From Patescibacteria group bacterium (GTDB lineage: Bacteria > Patescibacteriota > Patescibacteriia > CAIXNZ01), in contig JAQTMG010000002.1 of the NCBI GenBank assembly GCA_028714455.1, positions 38,047-102,046 on the forward strand: DNA of 64,000 nucleotides, read 5' to 3'. The notes below the pieces were generated by a model that was not told where the DNA came from, did not search any database, and saw only the letters and a list, made by a program, of their open reading frames with translations. Position 1 is the first letter of the stretch; the number at the start of each line of letters is the position of its first letter. Positions 57,251 to 64,000 of this stretch are shown in pieces. Position numbers and translations under genes: made by a program.

Positions 57251-58825
57251 CTACAAGCTTTTCATCATGTATGTATTTTGTCGGCGATAACCAAGCTTCT
57301 TGTAATATTGTCGCACACCAATGCCAGAAATGACAGCGATTTTTTTAAAGCCTGCTTTTTTGGCGATTTTTTCCGCAGCAGCGATCAATTGGCGTCCTAA
57401 ACCAGCGTGTTGAACCGCGTGCCCTTTGCTTTTTAGCGGAATCAGTTCGCCATAGGTGTGAACTTCACGAATTAAGGCAACGTCTTTTAATTCGGGCAAC
57501 GCGTCTGATAATTTTTCATCAACATTTTTTGGCAATCTTAAACGCAGGAAAGCGAATAATGTTTTTTTATCTTTTGATTCGCAGCTCAAAAAATATTCCA
57601 GACCCTCGGAAGCTTTGTACTTCTTAATTCTATATTCTATATTCTTTATTCTAAATTCTTTATTTCTCGCTTCGCGGCAACGAATGCATTGGCAGAATTC
57701 GCCTGTTTTTTGAAAGCGTTCGTTAATGAGCTGGCGCAGATTGGAAATTTTATTGCCAGCCACAATGCTCTCGGAAGGAATGTCGCGGATAATTCTGCTT
57801 AGGCGCACATAAGGCGGAATTATTTTTTTTATCTTAACTAAAAGATTTAAAAGTTGTTTGTCAGAATAAGGCTTGAATTTGCCGGCTTTGTACCATTTAT
57901 AAATCTTGGCAGTATCAGTCACGACGCAAGGATAAATTTTTAACATGTCTGGCTGATAATTTTGGTCACGAAATAATTGATTGAACATTTTGAAATCTTT
58001 GGCAGGAGTTGAAGTCGGCAAATTTGGCATCATGTGGTAAGAAATTTTAAAACCCGCATCCTTGAGTAATTTTGTCGCCTCAATTATTTCTTTGGTTAAA
58101 TGACCGCGTTTTGTTAATTTTAATATTTTATCGTCAATGGTTTGCACACCCAATTCCACTCTGGTGGCGCCCAGTTCGCGCATTCTTTTGATTTCGGGAA
58201 TGGAAATATAATCAGGCCGAGTTTCCAGAGTTATGCCAATAACTCGAAACTTCGCCGTTTCATTCAATTTTTGGGCTGAAGCTAGGTTTTTGGCAGTTCT
58301 CTGGTTAAAAGCCTCAAAACATCTCTTAATAAACCAAGTCTGATATTTATGCGGCAAATAAGTCCAGGTGCCGCCCATGATAATTAATTCGCATTTGTCA
58401 GTATCATGCCCGGTCATGGCTAAAGCTCTTAAACGCATTTGCACCTGCTTGAAAGGATCGAATCGGCATAAAATTGCCCTCATAACTGCTGGTTCATTAG
58501 ATAAATAAGATTTAGGCATTTTCTTTTCATTGGGGCAAAAAACACATTCGCCCGGGCACTTGTAGGGTTTGGTTAAAATGGCCACGACTGCCACGCCAGA
58601 AAGTGTGCGTATTTCGCGCTTTTTAAGCAGCTTTTTCAGGGCTAAATGCCCATTTCCAGATTTGACTAATTTGTGATAAGCTGAAAGGAGTTTGATGCGC
58701 TTTGGCGAGGGGATTTTAAAGCCACTTGCTAGTTTTTTAACTAAATAATTTAACTCCCGCTGGGTGGTGGGTCTGGATTTGATTAACTGCTGAACAATAA
58801 TTTTTTCTATATTGGATTGTTTCAT
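57251..58825 (-). CDS. elp3: Elp3-family radical SAM / acetyltransferase (tRNA U34 carboxymethylation)
   Basis: RTLSGVAVV, CPGECVFCP, ETRPD, ELGVQT, LKIYP, CQCIRCRE, QHAGLG, VISGIGVRQYY. Confidence 0.93.
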   Translation of the reverse strand: MKQSNIEKIIVQQLIKSRPTTQRELNYLVKKLASGFKIPSPKRIKLLSAYHKLVKSGNGHLALKKLLKKREIRTLSGVAVVAILTKPYKCPGECVFCPNEKKMPKSYLSNEPAVMRAILCRFDPFKQVQMRLRALAMTGHDTDKCELIIMGGTWTYLPHKYQTWFIKRCFEAFNQRTAKNLASAQKLNETAKFRVIGITLETRPDYISIPEIKRMRELGATRVELGVQTIDDKILKLTKRGHLTKEIIEATKLLKDAGFKISYHMMPNLPTSTPAKDFKMFNQLFRDQNYQPDMLKIYPCVVTDTAKIYKWYKAGKFKPYSDKQLLNLLVKIKKIIPPYVRLSRIIRDIPSESIVAGNKISNLRQLINERFQKTGEFCQCIRCREARNKEFRIKNIEYRIKKYKASEGLEYFLSCESKDKKTLFAFLRLRLPKNVDEKLSDALPELKDVALIREVHTYGELIPLKSKGHAVQHAGLGRQLIAAAEKIAKKAGFKKIAVISGIGVRQYYKKLGYRRQNTYMMKSL

Positions 58826-58832
58826 AATTAAG

Positions 58833-58968
58833 ATGAGCTATTTTAGAAGAGCTAAAAGAGCTAAATGTCGAGAAGAGCTATAGGTTTAAAGGTTAATAGG
58901 CAAGAATAAACCTTTTAGCCTATCACCATATAGTTCCTATAATCCTATAGCTCCTGTAGCTCCTATAA
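58833..58968. repeat. inverted degenerate 9-mer array
   Basis: AAGAGCTA repeats / TAGTTCCTA and TAGCTCCT repeats. Confidence 0.7.
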
Positions 58969-58972
58969 ACGC

Positions 58973-59674
58973 ATGAAGGAAGAAATCGCGTTAAAAATTT
59001 TAGCCAAGAACAAGGAGCTTTATAATGATATCGCTTCTGATTTTTCGCGCACGCGCGGCGCGGTCTGGCCTGAATTTGAGTATTTTAAAGGATATATCGC
59101 TAACGGTCAAGATATTCTGGATCTGGGTTGCGGCAATGGCCGGCTCTTGGAACTGCTTAAAGAATATCAGATTAATTATTTGGGTATTGATTACAGTCAG
59201 AAACTAATCGGTCAGGCCCAGCGTCTCTGGCCCGATAGCAAATTTTTAGTGGCGGATATTTTGAATCTGCCGCCGCTTAAGAAAAAGTTTGATTTGATTT
59301 TTTGCGTGGCGGTCTTGCACCACATTCCCTCAAAAAAATTTCGTTTGCAGGTTTTGAAAGAGATGAAAAATCTTTTGAAACCGGGCGGGAAATTGCTCAT
59401 GATCAATTGGAATTTATGGCAGACGCGCTACCTGAAATATATCATCAAATACACGCTTTTAAAAATGACTGACCCGCTCAATGAGGCAAACGGAATTAAA
59501 CACATGAATTTGGATTTGGGCGATGTTTTCATTCCCTGGCAGAAAAAACATTTGCGCTATGTCCATGCTTTTACCGAAATGGAAGTTGAATCGTTATTGA
59601 AAAAATCTGGGTTTGAAATTATAAAAAATGTTTCCAATAACAGAAACATAATTACGGTGGCGAAAGTAAAATAG
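58973..59674 (+). CDS. Trm9/ALKBH8-like class I SAM methyltransferase
   Basis: YNDIASDFSRTR..WP, DLGCGNG, AVLHH, DVFIPW, RYVHAF follow the Trm9 motif order. Confidence 0.75.
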   Translation: MKEEIALKILAKNKELYNDIASDFSRTRGAVWPEFEYFKGYIANGQDILDLGCGNGRLLELLKEYQINYLGIDYSQKLIGQAQRLWPDSKFLVADILNLPPLKKKFDLIFCVAVLHHIPSKKFRLQVLKEMKNLLKPGGKLLMINWNLWQTRYLKYIIKYTLLKMTDPLNEANGIKHMNLDLGDVFIPWQKKHLRYVHAFTEMEVESLLKKSGFEIIKNVSNNRNIITVAKVK

Positions 59675-59680
59675 AAAACA

Positions 59681-60247
59681 ATGGGGGATGAGTATTTTAA
59701 AAATAAATATCGTGTGCCATCAACACGTTTGGGTCATTGGAATTACGCGGATGGGGGATTTTATTATGTCACCATTTGCACAAAGGATAGGAAATGTTGT
59801 TTAGGCGAAATAAGAGGTAATAATGTTTATTTATCAAAAATTGGAGAGATTGTTTTGGATGAATGGTTGAAAACACAAAAATTAAGGCCAAATGTGGTTT
59901 TGGATGATTTTATTATCATGCCAAACCATATTCACGGAATTATTGTAATTAAAAATAACCAAACCGCCGTAGAGACGCATTGCAATGCGTCTCTACAACG
60001 AACGGAACAGAGACAAAACGCATTTGGCCCGCAAAGAAATAATTTGTCGTCAATTACTCGCGGCTTTAAAGGTTCTGTGGTGAGAAATTGTCGCGAGAAT
60101 AATTTTGATTTTGAATGGCAACCGCGATATTACGAACACATTATCAAAAACGACGAGGATTACGCTCGGATAAAAGGATATATTGCCAATAATCCGGTGA
60201 ATTGGGAATTTGATCGTGATAATCCCAAAACCTTTAAAATATCTTGA
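59681..60247 (+). mobile_element. REP-associated tyrosine (Y1/HUH) transposase
   Basis: YYVTICT, MPNHIHGII, WQPRYYEHII, YIANNP; internal GTAG palindrome 59969-59996. Confidence 0.9.
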
Positions 60248-60267
60248 ATTTTTGCTAAAATTAACAC

Positions 60268-61707
60268 ATGGAACTCAATAAAATCAAAAAAGTCCACATC
60301 ATCGGCATAGGCGGCATTGGTATTTCAGCTGTGGCCAAATTGCTTTTAAGTTTGGGTAAAAAAGTCAGCGGTTCTGATTTGGTTTCTTCTGACATTACTA
60401 GCACCCTAAAGAATTTTGGCGCTAATATCGTTATTGGGCCGCATAAAGCCATAAATGTGCCCAAAGATGTTGATTTGGTGTTATTTAGTGATGCTGTTCC
60501 ACTAGAAAACCCGGAACGAGCTCGGGGCTCGGGGCTCAAAGCTCAAAGCCTAAGTTATTTTCAATTTTTAGGCGAATTTAGTAAAGATAAATACACCATT
60601 GCCATTTCCGGTTGTCACGGCAAAACCACAACCACAGCTTTAGTTGGTTTGCTTTTGGAAGCAGGCGGTTTGGATCCGACCGTGATTGTGGGCAGTAAAG
60701 TGAAAAATTGGGATGGCAATTTGCGCCTTGGCGCCAGTAAATATTTTGTGGTTGAGGCCGATGAATACAAGGCCCATATGCTGCAACTAAATCCCAAAGC
60801 GATTATTTTAAACAACATTGAATTTGACCATCCGGATTTTTATAAGGACTTAAATCAATATATTGACGCTTTTAACCATTTCGTTTATAAACTGCCCGAG
60901 GATGGAATTTTTATTTACAACGCTGATGACCATAATATCGTTGACCAGATTGAAAAACCCGCCTGCGAGGTCCTGACTTTTGGTCTAGAAAATCCCTCGG
61001 TTGATTTAACCGTGAAAAGTATTAAGGTGGACCATGGCCGCCAGATTTTTAAACCGCTCTATAAAAATCAGGAACTGCGTGATTATAATTTGCAAGTGCC
61101 TGGCCGATTCAATATTTTGAACGCGCTTGGCGCAACCCTGTTAGCCCTGGAACTTGGCGTTAATCCTGACGTGATTAAAGATACCTTATCCAGATACACT
61201 GGCGCCTGGCGCAGATTTGAAGTAGTTGGCACAATTGATAATCTGACTGATGATAAAAACGGCGCCATTGTTATTTCTGATTATGCTCATCACCCGACTG
61301 AAATTGCCAAGACCATCAAAGCCACCAAAGAATTTTATCCAGACAGAAGACTGCTGGTTGCTTTCCAACCCCACCAGATTCAGCGAACAAAAGCTTTGTT
61401 CAATGAGTTTATTAAAACCTTTGCCCAAAGTCCGGCTGACATTGTTATTCTTTCGGAGATCTATGATGTGAGGGGTAGGGAAGAAAAAGATGTGACCAAA
61501 AGAGTCAGTTCGCAAGATCTTTTGGAAAAAATCGTTTTGGCTGAATCAAAAAAGCTCGTTGAAGGCGTCAAGGTTTCAGAATACTATTATGCCGCTGATT
61601 TAGTTGAAACCAAGGCCAAGATTTTGGAACTCGTGCAATCCAATGATGTGGTTTTGGTTTTGGGCGCTGGTGACATTGATAAAGTTGCCAGGGAACTTAT
61701 AAAATAA
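60268..61707 (+). CDS. murC: UDP-N-acetylmuramate--L-alanine ligase
   Basis: IGIGGIGISA, GCHGKTTTT, EADE, DYAHHPTEI, GAGDI. Confidence 0.96.
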   Translation: MELNKIKKVHIIGIGGIGISAVAKLLLSLGKKVSGSDLVSSDITSTLKNFGANIVIGPHKAINVPKDVDLVLFSDAVPLENPERARGSGLKAQSLSYFQFLGEFSKDKYTIAISGCHGKTTTTALVGLLLEAGGLDPTVIVGSKVKNWDGNLRLGASKYFVVEADEYKAHMLQLNPKAIILNNIEFDHPDFYKDLNQYIDAFNHFVYKLPEDGIFIYNADDHNIVDQIEKPACEVLTFGLENPSVDLTVKSIKVDHGRQIFKPLYKNQELRDYNLQVPGRFNILNALGATLLALELGVNPDVIKDTLSRYTGAWRRFEVVGTIDNLTDDKNGAIVISDYAHHPTEIAKTIKATKEFYPDRRLLVAFQPHQIQRTKALFNEFIKTFAQSPADIVILSEIYDVRGREEKDVTKRVSSQDLLEKIVLAESKKLVEGVKVSEYYYAADLVETKAKILELVQSNDVVLVLGAGDIDKVARELIK

Positions 61708-61713
61708 TTATTT

Positions 61714-62196
61714 ATGAAGGAAAAATTTGGACAAGAACCAAGATTTGTCAAAGATAAAGATAATCTTTTAATGCTACAAGAAGCTTTGAGATCTAAGAAT
61801 ATCGATAAAGATATTAAGCCCATTCTTGAGAAATTTTTTACTTTACCAATAACACCTCACCAAAGCTGCTATGGACATCCGGAAAAAGATAAAAGCCCAT
61901 ATTTAAGTTATGTCGAAGATGAAGCGCGAAATGAAAAAGATAAGCGTTTTCAGCAATTGCTTAAAGAAAAAATTTTAGAATTAACCAAGATAATCAATGG
62001 CAAAATCGGCGGAGAGGTTGTAAATATAGCCTTGGAAGAAGTTGATCATGGTGGTAGGGGCCCCAAAGATTATACGCTAAAGTTTGACGTCATTGATAAA
62101 AAGTTTTTTAAAGAAAACGGCAAGGAAATCCTGGACATTATTTGGCAAGAATTTTCAAAATATCTTGATAAAGCAGCGAGAGAATTAATTAAATAA
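61714..62196 (+). CDS. hypothetical protein
   Basis: 160 aa with QSCYGH motif; ends DKAARELIK like MurC. Confidence 0.65.
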   Translation: MKEKFGQEPRFVKDKDNLLMLQEALRSKNIDKDIKPILEKFFTLPITPHQSCYGHPEKDKSPYLSYVEDEARNEKDKRFQQLLKEKILELTKIINGKIGGEVVNIALEEVDHGGRGPKDYTLKFDVIDKKFFKENGKEILDIIWQEFSKYLDKAARELIK

Positions 62197-62219
62197 ATTA
62201 AATAATTTAATTCAAACTT

Positions 62220-62717
62220 ATGAAAACCAAATTACTTTTAGTCGCATTTGCCTGCGTGATTTTGGCTGGTTGCTCACTGATTCAGCCGGTCAATGTCAAT
62301 GTTAATGTGCCAGCCACTAACAATGTTGTCACCATTCCCAGTAACACTGTGCTGGATTTGAGCAATCAGGGTTTCACCAAAGTTCCGGATTATGTTTTTA
62401 ACATGACAAATTTGCAAGAGCTGAATATTTCCAATAATCAGATTACGGGTGCCATTCAATCTCAAATTGGACAACTTAAAAAACTTAAAATTCTTAATGC
62501 CAGCAACAATTTAATGACTGGCGTGCCAGCCGAAGTTGGCCAGCTCACAAATCTACAAATCCTAGATTTATCCAACAACCAGTTAACCGGTTTGCCCAAT
62601 GAACTTGGCAATTTGAAGAATTTGAAAACATTTAATATTTCAGGCAATAATTATTCTACTCAAGATCTGAATGGGATTATCCAGAAACTGCCAGCTAGCG
62701 TGAACATAATTAAATAA
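62220..62717 (+). CDS. leucine-rich repeat lipoprotein
   Basis: Lipobox ILAGC; LDLSNNQLTGLPNELGNL-type repeats. Confidence 0.9.
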   Translation: MKTKLLLVAFACVILAGCSLIQPVNVNVNVPATNNVVTIPSNTVLDLSNQGFTKVPDYVFNMTNLQELNISNNQITGAIQSQIGQLKKLKILNASNNLMTGVPAEVGQLTNLQILDLSNNQLTGLPNELGNLKNLKTFNISGNNYSTQDLNGIIQKLPASVNIIK

Positions 62718-62824
62718 AGTTTAATAATAAATAATCAAATTCCAGCCTTCGTTGGCTTGTGATTTGGTCATTATCGTTGAGTAAGTTAATTTTATTTTTT
62801 ATATAAATAACTAACAATCTTTTT

Positions 62825-63301
62825 ATGTCAGAGGATAGAAAAATGTTTAAGGCGGTTTGCACAGAATGCGGGCAAGCGTGCGAGGTGCCGTTTGAACCAA
62901 CAGGTGAAAAGCCGGTTTATTGCGCGGCTTGTTTTGCGAAAAGGCGAGGACAGCAACAAGGCCAGTCACAAGGCGGTCGCAAAATGTATTCTGCTGTTTG
63001 CGCTAAATGCGGCAAGCCCTGCCAGGTTTCATTTCAACCCACCCAAGGCAAACCAGTTTACTGCAGTCAGTGCTTTGGCCGAGGCAATGAAAGAGGCGGC
63101 GCAGGCAATCGTCCTGATCAATTGCAAATGATAAATTCCAAACTTGATAAAATCATCAATGCTTTGATTGTAGCCAAGATTATTAAGCCAGCTAAAGAAG
63201 TTAAGCCAGAAGTTAAGAAAGTGGAAGTGAAGAAATCAGCCAAAAAAGCGGCTAAGCCAGCGGCTAAAAAAATAGCTGCGAAAAAGAAAGGGAAGAAATA
63301 G
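62825..63301 (+). CDS. tandem CxxC-x17-CxxC domain protein with Lys/Ala-rich tail
   Basis: Two C..CG..C.V.F.P...KPVYC..CF units. Confidence 0.88.
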   Translation: MSEDRKMFKAVCTECGQACEVPFEPTGEKPVYCAACFAKRRGQQQGQSQGGRKMYSAVCAKCGKPCQVSFQPTQGKPVYCSQCFGRGNERGGAGNRPDQLQMINSKLDKIINALIVAKIIKPAKEVKPEVKKVEVKKSAKKAAKPAAKKIAAKKKGKK

Positions 63302-63313
63302 GTTATTGTTAAT

Positions 63314-64000
63314 ATGAAAATAGGTAGATGTTTGAATACAACCAAAGAGGAAATAGAAGCTAAAAAATTCAATATATTTATTGGCATTTCGCTTGGTAAT
63401 AAATATTTTACTAGGGAGAATATAAAAGGATATATTGACTGGGCCTTGGCAAATACCAAAGAAAAGGTTGCTATTTTAATTCCCGACAAAATTCACTCGG
63501 TAAATTATGAAGTTAAATCTGGCTACAAAAAAGAGCGAGCGGAAAAACTTGCCCATAAAGAAGGGGATAAGGTTTTGAAAATAGTTGAAAGTATTCTTGG
63601 TGAATTTGATAAAGCCCGACGCGGAATTGTAGACATCTTGACTTGGGACAAAATAGAGACGGAAGAGTATAAAAGGATGGTTAATGTTTTGCGCCAAGAA
63701 TTTTCAATCGATGATAAATTTAGAAGTTTGATTTTGGAAATTGTAAAAGAAAATGTTAAATCTGATAAATTAACTGAATCAGATTACGAAAAATTAGCAT
63801 CTTATCCACTTGAAGAACTGCCTATGCTCATAAGCGGGTTTGAATATAATGGCGTTAAATATGATTTGTTGCCATATCCCGGAATCTCAAAAATTGATTA
63901 TTTAGTACTTGATCTGCAAGAGGGCAAGAGCTTCCCAGATATTACCAGGAAATTAAATATTAAAAACAGGCTGGGACTTATTGAGGCATATGCAGAATAA
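63314..64000 (+). CDS. tRNA-dependent cyclodipeptide synthase (CDPS)
   Basis: IGISLGNKYF and YPLEELP motifs. Confidence 0.82.
   Translation: MKIGRCLNTTKEEIEAKKFNIFIGISLGNKYFTRENIKGYIDWALANTKEKVAILIPDKIHSVNYEVKSGYKKERAEKLAHKEGDKVLKIVESILGEFDKARRGIVDILTWDKIETEEYKRMVNVLRQEFSIDDKFRSLILEIVKENVKSDKLTESDYEKLASYPLEELPMLISGFEYNGVKYDLLPYPGISKIDYLVLDLQEGKSFPDITRKLNIKNRLGLIEAYAE

Overview
Bacterial chromosomal window (genetic code 11). Gene content points to Patescibacteria/CPR, probably Parcubacteria; this is inferred from gene content, as no rRNA is present. Housekeeping genes cover lower glycolysis (pgk, eno, two gpmI), rplJ/rplL/rplU, mraZ-rsmH-ftsL, dnaB, recR, uvrD, mutM, tgt, glyA-folD and murC. 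About 20 mostly orphan genes are interspersed among them. Five patterns stand out. (1) Two expression grammars: core genes have a -10 box 6-10 nt before the ATG and no Shine-Dalgarno (SD), while accessory genes (orphans, PhoH2, a radical SAM, purB/purH/purC-purE) are mostly self-contained units of TTGACA-N16/17-(often TAAGNT) promoter, strong AGGAGG SD and intrinsic terminator. (2) A ~330-nt structured RNA of three repeated double-hairpin modules, with its own promoter and terminator, lies upstream of glyA. (3) A divergent Elp3 + Trm9-like pair suggests eukaryote/archaea-type wobble-U modification. (4) Degenerate 7-9-mer periodic repeats, often as inverted pairs, flank the GxxExxY and four-helix-bundle genes, occur as empty sites, and sit in frame inside folD, elp3 and murC. 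(5) Several REP-like families occur with a REP-associated tyrosine transposase. A cyclodipeptide synthase ends the window. No CRISPR array, tRNA or rRNA was seen. All calls come from motif recognition by eye; no database searches were run.
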